Counted from the first letter of the whole stretch, positions 30,457 through 42,257 are shown. The stretch: DNA of 63,942 nucleotides, filler included, from an uncultured Ignavibacteriales bacterium (GCA_964611355.1; 7 parts of 6 records of this genome joined end to end with filler, not necessarily neighbours in it), one strand, 5' to 3'. Numbers and translations: made by a program. Notes: generated by a model not told the origin, from the sequence alone.

Positions 30457-32259
30457 ATGGATTTAGCTTACTACGAAGATGACCGGCGGGACGATATCAG
30501 TTCCCGCAGGGCGTTCGGGCGGCTGTTGCCGCTTTTGAAGCCGCACCGCAAATGGTTGGTGATATGCCTTTTACTGCTGGCGGCCTCCAAGGTAATTTAC
30601 CTGATCGGGCCGAATTTGGTCCGGCGCGCCATTGATGTAGATATTACGGCTTCCGATTATCGCGGCTTGCTGGTAACGGTGGCGCTCTATGTCATAACCC
30701 AGGGAGCGTTTCTGGTTATCAATTATATCTTTCGGATCAGGATGGAGATTATCGGCCAGCAGGTGATGATCGGCCTGCGCAAAAGGCTGTTCGGCCATAT
30801 TCTGCGGATGGCGGTCTCGTTTTTCGACCGCAACCCGGCCGGTCGGTTGATGGCCCGGGTTGAATCGGACACCGAAGCGCTGCGGATGATGTTCACCAAC
30901 ACCGTGGTGGCTATGATCGGTTCGATCCTTCTGGTCGTTGGGATGTTTTTCTGGATGTTTATCGTTTCGCCCCGGTTGACGCTGGTTGTGGCGGTTTTCA
31001 TTCCGGTTATCATGGCGGTGCTCTATTTCTACCACCGCCTTACCACTCCCAAATGGCTGGAGATACGCAAACGGATGGCCGACGTAACCGCTTCGCTGAC
31101 CGAGTTCATCCAGGGAATGCAGATTATCCAGATTTTCGACCGGGCTCGCGAGGTGCGCCGGCGCATGAATGAGGTCAACCGCAGGAAATATCTACCCGAA
31201 TTGAAGGCAGAGCTTTTCGTGGTGGCCATGTTCAACTTCGTCTTCTTCATGGAGACGTTGATCATCGCATTGGTCCTTTATGCCGGGGCGCACTGGGCCG
31301 GAGTGAGCGGACTTACTATCGGCGTTCTGGTGATGTTTATCAGTTACGTCCGGATGCTCTTCGAGCCGATCCACATGGCCGCCGAAGAGATCGCCGTAGT
31401 GCAGAAGGCGATAGCCGGCGCCAAGCGTATTTTCGGATTGATTGATACTGACGAAACGATTCCCGAACCGATGCATCCGGTTGTATGGTCCGGGCTGAAA
31501 GAGGGGATCACCTTCGAAAACGTCTGGTTTTCATATACCGGCGATGACAATTACGCTCTGCGGGACGTGTCTTTACACATACCGAAGGGCAAACGTTTCG
31601 CATTGGCCGGGGTGACCGGCGGCGGCAAAACGACCATTGTAAATCTTCTGCTTCGTTTTTACGATGTGCAGAAGGGGCGCATTATTGTCGACGGAATCGA
31701 CATTCGCGATATCGAAATCGAGGATCTGCGCGATAAGATCGGCCTGGTGCTTCAGGATATATTTCTTTTTCCCGGCAACGTGGCCGCCAATGTATCGCTT
31801 TCGGCCGACGGCTCGGATCGCCGACAGGTGATCGACGCCTGCCGGATGGTCGCCGCCGACCGGTTTATCGAGCGGATGCCGGATCAGTATGAAACGGAAT
31901 TATCCGAACGGGGCGGTAACCTGAGCCGCGGCGAGAGACAGCTTCTGTCGTTTGCGCGGGCGCTGATTTTTGATCCGCAGATACTGATTCTGGATGAAGC
32001 CACCAGTTCGGTCGATCCGGAAACGGAGCGTTTAATACAGGAAGGGCTGACGACGCTCATGAAGGGACGGACTTCGATTATCGTCGCCCATCGGTTGTCC
32101 ACCATCCTGAACGTCGACCGGATTCTGGTCATCCGCGAAGGCGGCATCATCGAGCAGGGCACGCACAACGAACTTCTGGCTCAGGACGGATATTATTCCA
32201 AGCTGTTTAAGCTGCAGTTCGTGCAGAACAACGCCAATGGAGTGAAAAAAGCATGTTAG
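30457..32259 (+). CDS. ABC exporter, fused TMD+NBD (MdlB-like)
   Basis: GVTGGGKT, LSRGERQ, ILDEATS. Confidence 0.93.
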   Translation: MDLAYYEDDRRDDISSRRAFGRLLPLLKPHRKWLVICLLLLAASKVIYLIGPNLVRRAIDVDITASDYRGLLVTVALYVITQGAFLVINYIFRIRMEIIGQQVMIGLRKRLFGHILRMAVSFFDRNPAGRLMARVESDTEALRMMFTNTVVAMIGSILLVVGMFFWMFIVSPRLTLVVAVFIPVIMAVLYFYHRLTTPKWLEIRKRMADVTASLTEFIQGMQIIQIFDRAREVRRRMNEVNRRKYLPELKAELFVVAMFNFVFFMETLIIALVLYAGAHWAGVSGLTIGVLVMFISYVRMLFEPIHMAAEEIAVVQKAIAGAKRIFGLIDTDETIPEPMHPVVWSGLKEGITFENVWFSYTGDDNYALRDVSLHIPKGKRFALAGVTGGGKTTIVNLLLRFYDVQKGRIIVDGIDIRDIEIEDLRDKIGLVLQDIFLFPGNVAANVSLSADGSDRRQVIDACRMVAADRFIERMPDQYETELSERGGNLSRGERQLLSFARALIFDPQILILDEATSSVDPETERLIQEGLTTLMKGRTSIIVAHRLSTILNVDRILVIREGGIIEQGTHNELLAQDGYYSKLFKLQFVQNNANGVKKAC

Positions 32260-34056
32260 CCAAATACATAAAATGGTTCTGGCGGTATTACCGCTATCAC
32301 AAACGAGCCTTAACGGTTTTCCTTACTTTTTCCTTTCTCTCCAGCGCCTTGTTTGTGGTCCAGCCGATTCTGCTGAAGAACGTTTTCGACCTGCTGCAGT
32401 CGGGAAACATCCGCACGACCAGTCTGCCGTTTTTAACAGAATGGATTGAACATCTGGGCGCCGGTCAGATCAGCAATTACGTTATCATGATGATAATCTT
32501 CGGACTGGCTGCGTTTGCCGTCCATACCTTTCTGGTCGGACATAGGGCATACATGAATATCAAACTGGAATGGGAGTTCCGGCAACACGCCTTTACCGAT
32601 ATCACGGCGAAAGGGCCTGATTTCTTCAACCGGTTCAGCACCGGCGACCTGGTAACTCGCATGACCGACGATGTTTCGGAAAAGCTGTCGTGGTTTGCCT
32701 GCAGCGGCATTTTCCGCTTTTACGAGGCGTTGACGATGATTTTGTTCAGCCTGATAATGATGCTCTCGATTCATCCGATGTTGACGCTCTGGACGGTCGG
32801 GCCCCTGCCGATTCTGGTTCTGGTTTATATGAAGAGTTCGACGCTTCTGGATCGGCGGTTTGATTTTCTGCAGAAAAAAATATCGGCCGTCAACGATACT
32901 ATGGAAACCTGCTTCTCCGGTATCCGGGTGATTAAGGCGTACAACCGGGAGAAAGACCATAAAGAACGTTTCGCCAACGTGGCCCGGAATCGACTAAAGG
33001 CGGAAATATCGGCGGTCAAGACGCATACCATTATAGAGTCGCTCTGGATGTATATCTGGCAGTTGGGGATCGTGATCGTTCTTCTGGCCGGCGGATATTA
33101 TGTCATCAATGGCAGCCTGTCGATCGGCGAATTTATCGCCTTCGATTCGTACGTGCTGTTTTTGATCTACCCGATGTTTGACGTAGGTAACTTCCTTGTT
33201 AAAGGATTACGCGCCGGAGTATCGGTCAAGCGGCTGATGGAACTGGAGGAACATCCGCCTATGGTCGATCAAAGCGATGGCGATCAACGCTTTTCCGAAA
33301 AACCGCGCATTCGGGTCGAATTCGACCGGGTATCGTTCCGCTTCTCGGGTCAGGGGCGGGAGATCCTTTCGGATATTTCTTTCGCGGTCGAACCGGGCGA
33401 GCGCGCGGCCCTGGTGGGCAAAGTCGGTTGCGGCAAAAGTTGGGCGGTGCGGTTGATACCAAGGCTGGTTAACCCGACTTCAGGAAGAGTTCTTCTTGAT
33501 AGCGTTGACCTCCGGAAATACGATATTGGAGAACTGCGCCGACATATCGGGTATGTGCCGCAGGAACCGATTCTGTTTTCCGACACTGTCGAGAATAACG
33601 TCCGGTTCAATCGACGCGGCGTCACCGATGAAACCCTGAACTGGGCCATCGACGTTTCGCAGTTGCGCGAAGAGCTCGATTCGTTTCCCAAAGGCCTTCA
33701 GACCAGGATCGGCGTCCGGGGCGTGTCGATATCGGGGGGACAGAAACAGCGTCTGGCCCTGGCGCGGGCGTTGGTCGGCCGGCCGAAGATACTGATCCTC
33801 GACGATTGCACTTCGGCCCTTGACGCCGATACCGAAGCCGCTTTGTGGGAGAGACTGTATGATGTGATGCCGGATTTGACCTGCTTTATCATTACCCATC
33901 GTCCGGCGACGCTGGAGCGGTCGGATAAAGTCATCGTTCTTGACGAAGGAAGAATTGTCGAAAGTGGCCGCCACGTCGAACTGATTCTGCAGGAAGGTCT
34001 CTATTGCAAACTGTATCATCGCATTGTGCTGGAGGAAGCGGTCGGCGGGGCGACGG
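32253..34056 (+). CDS. ABC exporter, fused TMD+NBD (MdlA-like); 3' end lies in the N gap
   Basis: GKVGCGKS, ISGGQKQR, ILDDCTSA. Confidence 0.92.
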
Positions 34057-34171
34057 NNNNNNNNNNNNNNNNNNNNNNNNNNNNNNNNNNNNNNNNNNNN
34101 NNNNNNNNNNNNNNNNNNNNNNNNNNNNNNNNNNNNNNNNNNNNNNNNNNNNNNNNTGCACGGGAGAGTTG

Positions 34172-34648
34172 ATGGAAGAATCCGGCCCGATTCATATATC
34201 CGAAGAAGGATACGGGAAACTCAAAGCGGAACTGCATAAGCTCAAGTATGTCGATCGTCCAGCCATAGTGGCCGAAATCAAACGAGCCCGGGAAATGGGC
34301 GACCTCGCGGAAAACGCAGAGTATCATGCCGCCAGGGAGGCGCAAACTCATCTGGAGCGCCAGATCGCCGAACTGGAATTCAAGCTGTCGCGGGTTGTAA
34401 TAGTCAACAAGGACGATGTCGCCAAAGATAAAGCCTACCTGTTTGCCAGGGTGACGGTAGTCGATCTGGACGACGACGAGGAAGAAATCTATACGCTGGC
34501 ATCGGCTGAGGAAACCGACCCGGAAAAGAATCATATCTCCATTAAATCACCCATCGGTAAAGGGCTTCTGGGTAAATCCGTCGGCGATGAAGTCGAAATC
34601 AGTGTCCCCGCCGGAACTCTCAGATATAAAATCACCAAAATAGAATAG
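34172..34648 (+). CDS. greA: Transcription elongation factor GreA
   Basis: GDLAENAEYHAAR, SPIGKGLLG. Confidence 0.96.
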   Translation: MEESGPIHISEEGYGKLKAELHKLKYVDRPAIVAEIKRAREMGDLAENAEYHAAREAQTHLERQIAELEFKLSRVVIVNKDDVAKDKAYLFARVTVVDLDDDEEEIYTLASAEETDPEKNHISIKSPIGKGLLGKSVGDEVEISVPAGTLRYKITKIE

Positions 34649-34715
34649 AGGGGATTAACTCTCTTCCCACTTCCTTCATAGATTTCGTGTTGGATAGAAT
34701 ACGAACCGTAAAATC

Positions 34716-35801
34716 TTAGCGGCCATTCAAAAGCGACAAAAACCGGCCGACTGATCTGATCTGAATATTCCGCAGAAAACCACGCACCCTGGCGCCGGGA
34801 TTTTCCATTTTCCTGCAAATCGCATGGTCGGCCTTAATCACTTTTTCAATAAAATCCGTAATTAGATTGCGCTCAGTAATAACCGCCACCGTTTCCTGAA
34901 AGAAGCGACTGCTGAAGCAGTCGAAATTGGACGATCCTGCTATCAGGTGCTTTTCATCTATCAGCATCGCTTTCAGGTGAGTCATCCGATCGGGATAGAG
35001 CCGGAGATCGAACCCGGAGCGGGCCGCTTCCCAGCGGATATACGACCGCATCGGCTTCTTATTGTTGTGTACCGGCGTAACCACCGTTACATGGACGCCC
35101 CGGCGGGAGGCCCGGCGCAGGCGGTCGCTGAAAGGAAAAGACAAATAAGGGCTTTGAACATATATCGATAAGCGGGCCTCATCGATAAGGCGCAGAATCG
35201 GCTCGTAGGCGGTAGGGTTGCTTTTGCCGTCGAGTGAATAAATCTCAATCGGCCCGAAACTCTTACGTCCGCCAAACTGGCTGCCTTTCCAGGTAATCAG
35301 GAAATCACTTGCCAGATAATCAGCGATCTCTTCGTTTTCTATGCGAATCATCATGTCGTGCCAGTGGAAATTATGCTCGCTGAAATTTATCCCGCCGATA
35401 TAGCTGATCTTGTCGTCGATGACGATGATCTTCTTATGATTGCGTCCGGCAAAGCGCACCATAAATGGGCCGACCGGATTGACGAATTTGACTTTTGTCC
35501 CCCCGGCGATCATGTCGGCGATCATTTTGGCGGTCGCCTTTTTCTCGCGCCTGAGATCAAAATCGAACAGGTTTTTCGGCGAGTAGATAAATTTGTCGCT
35601 CAGGACATATTTGGTATAATAATCGATTATAATTCTTTTGTCGGTCGCACGTGAAGCGATAATCCGATCAGTCAGTTCCCGGCCGACGCTGTCGCCTTCA
35701 AAGGTGAGCGTCTGGAGATAGATACGCCCGGTTGCGGAAGCGATATCTTTCTTAAACCGCTCCCAGAAGGCCTTAGAATCTATTAGAAGTTCCATTTTCA
35801 T
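34716..35801 (-). CDS. Phospholipase D family / cardiolipin synthase-like enzyme
   Basis: Two HKD motifs (NHKKIIVID, THLKAMLID). Confidence 0.9.
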   Translation of the reverse strand: MKMELLIDSKAFWERFKKDIASATGRIYLQTLTFEGDSVGRELTDRIIASRATDKRIIIDYYTKYVLSDKFIYSPKNLFDFDLRREKKATAKMIADMIAGGTKVKFVNPVGPFMVRFAGRNHKKIIVIDDKISYIGGINFSEHNFHWHDMMIRIENEEIADYLASDFLITWKGSQFGGRKSFGPIEIYSLDGKSNPTAYEPILRLIDEARLSIYVQSPYLSFPFSDRLRRASRRGVHVTVVTPVHNNKKPMRSYIRWEAARSGFDLRLYPDRMTHLKAMLIDEKHLIAGSSNFDCFSSRFFQETVAVITERNLITDFIEKVIKADHAICRKMENPGARVRGFLRNIQIRSVGRFLSLLNGR

Positions 35802-35949
35802 ACTGTTTTTGGCGCATCGGTTTCCGGATTATGCGGCGGGAATGTAATATAAATGTACTCGAATGGCAAGGCGGCATGGAGTATCTGCCGGCCGATTGAC
35901 CGGGAGATTGTTTGTGAGTTAAGGCAATTTGTCCGGGCGATATTTTGTT

Positions 35950-36918
35950 TTACTCGTAGTCCGATTCGAGGTAATCTTGAACCGTGCTGGCGCGGGCAAG
36001 GCGCTCGGTTAGGCGGCGAGAGAAATCCTGTGCCGAATGCTCGCCGTAAATCTTCAATATACTATTCATGGCGATCACCTCAGAGATAACCGTAATATTT
36101 TTCCCCGGGGAAACCGGAATAACCACCAGCGGGATTTCCACACCCAGAATACTCGTATATTTATCCTCGATGCCAAGCCGTTCGTAGTTGGCGGTATCTT
36201 CCCAGTATTGCAGGCGTACCTCGACCTCGATCCGCTTTTGCAAGCGAACCGCCCGGATGCCAAAGAGGGCTTCGATATCGATGATTCCGATGCCGCGAAC
36301 CTCCATATGCTGGCCGAGAAGCTCCGACGATGTGCCGACGATATAATTGACTGATTTGCGGGTGATTTTAATGACGTCGTCTGCAACCAGCCGGTGGCCG
36401 CGTTCGATCAGGTCGAGAGCGCATTCCGATTTGCCGACTCCCGATTTGCCGGTGTAAAGCAGGCCGACGCCGTAAACGTCAACCAGCGTGCCATGGACAG
36501 TTATGGTCGGAGCGAACTGGTTGTCGAGAAACGACCCAAGGCGGCTGATCAATTCGGTCGTGGAGAGGCTTGAAGAAAAAACGGCCGTTTTCTTCCGGTC
36601 GGCCATGGCCAGAAGTTCCGAAGGAGGCATGATGCCCTTGGAAATAATTATCCAGGATATGTCAAAGGCAAATATTTTTTCTAAGACGGGGATCAGTTTT
36701 TCCTTGGGGAGACTCTGGATAAAGGCCATTTCGGTCTGGCCGAGGACCTGCGTCCGCTTGTGAGGGAAACGCTCCAGGAAACCGCCAAGAGCCAGCCCCG
36801 GACGGTGGATTTCAGCACTATAGATTTTTTTTCTGAGCCCTTCCTCGGAGTTGAGAAGGGCCAGCATCAGGTAATCTTTCCGTTCGCGAAAGGCGGTTTC
36901 AACCATGATTTCGGGCAA
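35950..36918 (-). CDS. hprK: HPr kinase/phosphorylase
   Basis: GKSGVGKSE, HRLVADD, MEVRGIGII. Confidence 0.96.
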   Translation of the reverse strand: MPEIMVETAFRERKDYLMLALLNSEEGLRKKIYSAEIHRPGLALGGFLERFPHKRTQVLGQTEMAFIQSLPKEKLIPVLEKIFAFDISWIIISKGIMPPSELLAMADRKKTAVFSSSLSTTELISRLGSFLDNQFAPTITVHGTLVDVYGVGLLYTGKSGVGKSECALDLIERGHRLVADDVIKITRKSVNYIVGTSSELLGQHMEVRGIGIIDIEALFGIRAVRLQKRIEVEVRLQYWEDTANYERLGIEDKYTSILGVEIPLVVIPVSPGKNITVISEVIAMNSILKIYGEHSAQDFSRRLTERLARASTVQDYLESDYE

Positions 36919-36929
36919 TTAGAACCTCC

Positions 36930-37289
36930 TTAGAAATCGACCGAATCCTCATCGGTTTTTGGTTTGGAGGCCTCGGATCGGAAGCCGCTGATCCGCCGGG
37001 GATCTTTATGCTTGAGCTTGCCTTTGTATTTTATGAGTTGCGCACGCGCCTTGTCAAAGACCGATTCGATCGAGGCGTACATTTCATCAGTTTCCTCGGT
37101 TGATTTTAGCGTCTGGCCATAAACCTCTATCTGTAATTCGGCCAGTTTCCGGTGCCTTTCCACATCCAGGATCAAATGGCACGAGACAATATTTTCATAA
37201 AATCTTTGAAGGGAGGCGAAGTTTTCTTCCGCAAGAGATTTGATCTCGTCGGTAAGTTCAAAGTGGCGAGCGGTAACTTTTGTGTTCAT
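36930..37289 (-). CDS. hpf: Ribosome hibernation promoting factor (RaiA/HPF)
   Basis: TARHFELT...MYASIE; located downstream of rpoN. Confidence 0.9.
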   Translation of the reverse strand: MNTKVTARHFELTDEIKSLAEENFASLQRFYENIVSCHLILDVERHRKLAELQIEVYGQTLKSTEETDEMYASIESVFDKARAQLIKYKGKLKHKDPRRISGFRSEASKPKTDEDSVDF

Positions 37290-37612
37290 ATACGACCTCC
37301 TATTTCTTCTACGCCGCAAAGCGGCGGCATTTCGACCTATAATCAGAAAAGTATTGAGTCTTAGCGTCGTCGACGGCGCCGACGAAGGGCTTGGCGGTAG
37401 CGTAAAATATGGCTTTGATCTCCCTCGCTACAAACGGCTTATACATCCGAAAAGCATCAGAATTACCTCAGAATACAACTCTATCGTTTCGCTTTTTCCC
37501 TCCTGATTGCACAGCCTCGAGTGCCATACGATATTTTGCGGGTTTTCGACCACTAATTATTATACACTGAGACAGGATAGTTTTCAAATAATATTTTTGT
37601 CGCCACAGGCAT

Positions 37613-39031
37613 TTATACTGATCGGCGGCGGAAACGGGCCGGCAGAATCTTGACTTCCTCACGGTACTTCGTAACGGTCCGGCGGGCCAGCTTGATCCCT
37701 TCTTCCTGCAAACGCCTGTATATTTCCTGGTCGGAAAGCGGCTTTTCCGGATTTTCGTCGTTTATGATTTCCTCGATCCGTTTTTTGACATGGCGCTTCG
37801 AGATTTCTCCGCCGTCGTTTCGGGAAATGCCGGTATTGAAGAAATACTTGATCTCAAAGACGCCATGGGGCGTCTGTACGTATTTGCTGTTGGAAACCCG
37901 GGAAATAGTGGCCACGTTCATCTCGACGATCCGAGCTACATCTTCCATGATAAGCGGCTTTAGATATTCGGTTCCTTTTTCAAAGAATTCCCGCTGCTGC
38001 TCAACAATTACCTGCATCACCCGAATCATTGTGTTACGACGCTGATTGATGGAGTTAATCAACCAGCGGGCCTGCTCCAGTTTTTGGCGGATATAGTTCT
38101 TGGTATCTTTGGATGAGGCTTTTCCCTTTTTAACCAGCGATCGGTACGATGGATTAATCCTTAAATGGGGCAGGTTACGGTCGTTGTGGAAAATTACGAA
38201 ATCATCTCCGACCCGCTCCACGATCAAATCCGGAACGATTATGGCCGCGCCGCTGTCGAAACGTCCGTGAGTCGGGGTGGGGGAAAGACCCTTGATCACA
38301 TCCAAAGCCGCCTGAGCTTTCTCAAACGGCACACGCATAATTTTGGAAATCTGAAGAATCGATTTCTTTTCCAGTTCATAAAGGTGTTCATCGACTATCC
38401 GGTAAGCCAGCGTATCATCAAGGCCGCGTTCTCTCAACTGGATTAGAAGCGATTCCCTCAAATCGCGCGAACCGACACCGATCGGGTCGAATTTCCTGAT
38501 CTTTTCCAGGATTTTTTCAATTTTTTCAACCGGGACTTTCAACTCCTCGGCCATTTCGCCCGGCGACACCACCAGATACCCGGAGGAATTGATATTCCCC
38601 AGAATGTATTCGCCGATCTGATGCTCATCATCCGTAAGACGGAGAAAGGAAAGCTGTTCGTTAAGATAATCGTAGAGTGTTTTTTCCGGCGCAGCGGTAG
38701 CCAGAAAGGAATCATCCCGTTTTTCCTTTGCTTGGCGTACTTTATATTCTGAATCATCATAATTGTTTAGATAATCTTCCCAGTCGATCTTGTCGAGCTT
38801 GGGATCGATACTTTCGGATTCGCTGCCCTCACTGGCGGCCACGTCGAATTCAGGTTCCTCATCAAGCTGATCGTTTTCCGGATCCTCGGCTTCCTCCAGC
38901 AGAGGGTTGGTGGCCAACTCGTGACGCAGTGTCTGCTCCAGCTTCAGAATCGGCATCTGGAGCATCTTCAAAGACTGAATCAACTGCGGCGCCAGAGTCT
39001 GCTTAAGCTTTAACTGAAGTTCCAGTCTCAT
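37613..39031 (-). CDS. rpoN: RNA polymerase sigma-54
   Basis: Q-rich region I, ATISRV, RpoN box ARRTVTKYRE. Confidence 0.97.
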   Translation of the reverse strand: MRLELQLKLKQTLAPQLIQSLKMLQMPILKLEQTLRHELATNPLLEEAEDPENDQLDEEPEFDVAASEGSESESIDPKLDKIDWEDYLNNYDDSEYKVRQAKEKRDDSFLATAAPEKTLYDYLNEQLSFLRLTDDEHQIGEYILGNINSSGYLVVSPGEMAEELKVPVEKIEKILEKIRKFDPIGVGSRDLRESLLIQLRERGLDDTLAYRIVDEHLYELEKKSILQISKIMRVPFEKAQAALDVIKGLSPTPTHGRFDSGAAIIVPDLIVERVGDDFVIFHNDRNLPHLRINPSYRSLVKKGKASSKDTKNYIRQKLEQARWLINSINQRRNTMIRVMQVIVEQQREFFEKGTEYLKPLIMEDVARIVEMNVATISRVSNSKYVQTPHGVFEIKYFFNTGISRNDGGEISKRHVKKRIEEIINDENPEKPLSDQEIYRRLQEEGIKLARRTVTKYREEVKILPARFRRRSV

Positions 39032-39149
39032 TGTTTATCCTGTTGCAATATACAGACTTATCATAACTCAGAGGTTCCTCTGTATTCTATATCGGCTTAT
39101 TTTCGTCCAAGCTCATCCCTATTTCAAATTATGCACACTCCGGTCCCGG

Positions 39150-39875
39150 TCAATCGAGCCGGAACTTTTCCCCCAGGTATATTTTCCTGGCTTCCGGGTT
39201 ATTGACCAGAAATTCCGATGTGCCGGAGGTCAGGATCTTCCCCTCGCATATAATATATGCCCGGTTACATATAGATAATATTTCCCGGACGTTGTGATCC
39301 GTTATCAGGATTCCCAGGCCCTTTTCCGTCAGTCCGGTAATAATTCTCTGGATATCCTCAACGGCAATTGGGTCGATTCCGGCAAACGGCTCATCCAGAA
39401 GCATATATGACGGTTCTGTCGCCAAAGCCCGGGTTATTTCCAGTCGCCTGCGTTCGCCGCCCGACAGCGTATAAGCCTTGGACTTGCGCAAATGCCAAAT
39501 GTCCAGTTCATTCAGGAGGTCTTTGAGCCGCCTTTTGGTTTCATTGCGGTTTAGTCTTTGAAGTTCCAGAATCGATAATACATTGTCTTCTACGGATAGC
39601 TTGCGAAAGACCGAGTTCTCCTGAGACAAATACCCGATTCCTTTTCGAGCCCGACGATACATGGGAAGCCCGGTCAGCCTTTCCTCCCCAAGGTAAACTT
39701 CGCCGAAAACAGGTTTAATAAAACCCATAATCATGTAAAAGGTAGTAGTTTTCCCCGCTCCGTTCGGCCCGAGAAGCCCTACTACTTCGCCCGGTTTTAC
39801 ATCGATTGAAACCCCGGCCACTACCTTTCTATGGCTGTAAATCTTGACCAGGTTTTCAGCTCTGAGGACCACCAT
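39150..39875 (-). CDS. lptB: LPS export ABC ATPase LptB
   Basis: [29 protein letters not shown]. Confidence 0.96.
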   Translation of the reverse strand: MVVLRAENLVKIYSHRKVVAGVSIDVKPGEVVGLLGPNGAGKTTTFYMIMGFIKPVFGEVYLGEERLTGLPMYRRARKGIGYLSQENSVFRKLSVEDNVLSILELQRLNRNETKRRLKDLLNELDIWHLRKSKAYTLSGGERRRLEITRALATEPSYMLLDEPFAGIDPIAVEDIQRIITGLTEKGLGILITDHNVREILSICNRAYIICEGKILTSGTSEFLVNNPEARKIYLGEKFRLD

Positions 39876-40030
39876 ATAAAAAATATAAGGGATTGACCTG
39901 TTTTTCCAACATAAATCCTCGTTTTAGCATAATATTTGCATTCCTTCAAAAAATCCTTAAATTCCAACCATGCTTGGGACAGGTTGCACAAACTTAATGT
40001 ATATATGACAGGATTCTTTGGGAGAAAACC

Positions 40031-42205
40031 ATGAGACGATTATCTTTTTGTCTGATAATACCGCTTCTTTTGATTATTGCCGGTTGCGGAAGATCGGTTG
40101 AAGACAAGTGGCGAGATATTCAGAGACTTCTTGATGTTGGCCGGTTTTCGGAAGCCGAGCAGGAAATAGATAAAATTGCCGCAACCGATTCCCTCTCTAC
40201 CGGCGCTTTTTACGGCAGGGCGCTTCTCGATGAATACCACGGCTACGTATGGGACGCCTATATTTCCTGTTTTGAAGCGGTAAAACCGGACAAGGAGTTT
40301 GTCCCCGCCCTGAAAAAATATATTCGTCTTGGAATCGAACTTGGTTCTCTCGATGCGGCGCGCCAGGCAACCGGTATGCTAATCTCACGATGCGAGCAGG
40401 ATCCCGACGGATACTTGTATCTGGCCGAGATCGACATGCTGGAGAATCAGCTTGACAGCGCTCGCGCGGCCGTTGACAAAGCAGCTTCCTTCAGCGATGA
40501 CGATCCAACGATCCGGCTGTACAAGGCGGAACTTGATTTACATTCATATGATTCCACGGCCATCCGCGCGACGCTTGACCGCCTTTCCGAGACAGAATAC
40601 ACCAAACCTGATCACTTTTCTCACCTGGCGCGACTTTTTGCCTATCTGAATATGGGCGACTCCGCCGCTTTTTATGTAAGAAAGGCTCTTGAACTGGATA
40701 AGGAAAACATCCGGCTTAAGCTTCAACTGGCTCGATACCTGTATGACGACATGTTCCTGAAGGAAGCATGGGATATTACTGAAAAGCTGATCGCCGAGGC
40801 CGGGCAGTTCGGCCCGGCCTATATTCTGGCCGCCAATATAAAGGGGGTCATAAATAAACCGTATGACGGCCTGGAGTATATTTCGAATTTCATTAATTTC
40901 AAGAAGTTTTCCCCTATCGGAATAGAAGCGCAGGCTGACTACTTCTTTCTTTTTCAGAATAAATATATGGCCATAACAGAGTATGACAGAGCTTACAGCT
41001 CGGCGGTCAATTTAGGATATCCCGCCGAGTATCTTCGTCCCCTCTGTTACAAAGTGCAAAATTGCTGCCTGGAAAAGAGTGATATCGATGTGGCCATGGA
41101 ATTGTTAAAGGAAGACTATCGACTCGATCCTGAAGGGCTTGAGCCCGATTTTATCAAGGCGGAACTGATGCTGAGATTTCCGGAGGTACGAGATTCCGCC
41201 CGAATCCTGGTGGATGATCGGTTGACGGAAAACTCAGGTAATCGCGCGTGGCTGGAACTGGCCGCCAGATATTACTCACGAACCCGCCGGATCGAAAAGG
41301 CAGTCGAAATCTATTACCTGCTCCTTGATTTGCCGTATCCCAAACAAGAATACTTCGCCGGCCTGCTGGAGCTGTACAAGCGAGAAAAAAATATCGCGGC
41401 GGCCGACAGCCTTGCGGAGATATTACCTTTGCGCTTCGAAGAAAGCCGCGAACTGGCCAAACGCTTTTACGATCTATACGACGCTTTCGGCCAAAATGAG
41501 AAGGCTGTTTTTTACGCCGAAAAGCTGTATCGTAAATCACCCGGGTATCTGCCGTACGTGACGACTCTTGCCGAGCTGTATGCCGCGCAGAACAGGTACG
41601 AAGACGGCCTTGCGCTTATTGACCGATATGTGCGGACTTATCCTGACGACCCCGAAGGTCATTATCGGTTGGGCGGTTACGCGCTGGATAACGGCAGGTA
41701 CCAATCAGTCCTGCAATGCAGCGAACGGTCCCTGTCAATAGACAGCGCCTACGGCTCGGCCTATGAACTGAAAGGACTATATTTCAGGGAAAAGGGAAAT
41801 GTCGATTCAGCCATTTACTATTTCCGTCGGACGGTGATGCTTAAATGGCCTACGCCGCTGCCATATTATTACCTTGGGGAATATCTCCTGCAGCAAAGAG
41901 ACAGTCTGAACCGCGCCGCCGGCCTGGGAATGGCTGCCGTGCGGTATTTTGACCGTGACCCCCGCGGATATCATCTCCTTGGCCGAGTCTATTTGACGCA
42001 GAAAAAGTATAAACTGGCCCGGTCGCAGTTTTTCAAAGGCTTGAAGTTCGCCCCGGAGGATGCGGAACTGAATTTTCTTCTTGGAAAAACGTGCGTAATA
42101 TTGGGCAGAAATGCGGAAGCGAAAAAACATATCAATAAAGCCCTGAAAAATAATCTGCCGTCACCGCAGAGAGAAGAGGCAAGAAAACTCTTAATGCAAT
42201 TGTAA
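40031..42205 (+). CDS. TPR-repeat lipoprotein
   Basis: Lipobox IAGC; many TPR-like helical repeats. Confidence 0.8.
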   Translation: MRRLSFCLIIPLLLIIAGCGRSVEDKWRDIQRLLDVGRFSEAEQEIDKIAATDSLSTGAFYGRALLDEYHGYVWDAYISCFEAVKPDKEFVPALKKYIRLGIELGSLDAARQATGMLISRCEQDPDGYLYLAEIDMLENQLDSARAAVDKAASFSDDDPTIRLYKAELDLHSYDSTAIRATLDRLSETEYTKPDHFSHLARLFAYLNMGDSAAFYVRKALELDKENIRLKLQLARYLYDDMFLKEAWDITEKLIAEAGQFGPAYILAANIKGVINKPYDGLEYISNFINFKKFSPIGIEAQADYFFLFQNKYMAITEYDRAYSSAVNLGYPAEYLRPLCYKVQNCCLEKSDIDVAMELLKEDYRLDPEGLEPDFIKAELMLRFPEVRDSARILVDDRLTENSGNRAWLELAARYYSRTRRIEKAVEIYYLLLDLPYPKQEYFAGLLELYKREKNIAAADSLAEILPLRFEESRELAKRFYDLYDAFGQNEKAVFYAEKLYRKSPGYLPYVTTLAELYAAQNRYEDGLALIDRYVRTYPDDPEGHYRLGGYALDNGRYQSVLQCSERSLSIDSAYGSAYELKGLYFREKGNVDSAIYYFRRTVMLKWPTPLPYYYLGEYLLQQRDSLNRAAGLGMAAVRYFDRDPRGYHLLGRVYLTQKKYKLARSQFFKGLKFAPEDAELNFLLGKTCVILGRNAEAKKHINKALKNNLPSPQREEARKLLMQL

Positions 42206-42216
42206 GATTCATTTGC

Positions 42217-42248
42217 AAACAAAGGAGGCCGAATCGGTCTCCTTTGTT
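42217..42248 (+). terminator. Bidirectional hairpin terminator
   Basis: AACAAAGGAGGCCG-AAT-CGGTCTCCTTTGTT. Confidence 0.65.
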
Positions 42249-42257
42249 CAAACACCC

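Noticed and set aside
37505..37530. sigma54 promoter (TGGCAC, minus strand) upstream of hpf
   Set aside because: The GG to GC spacing is not 10 nt.
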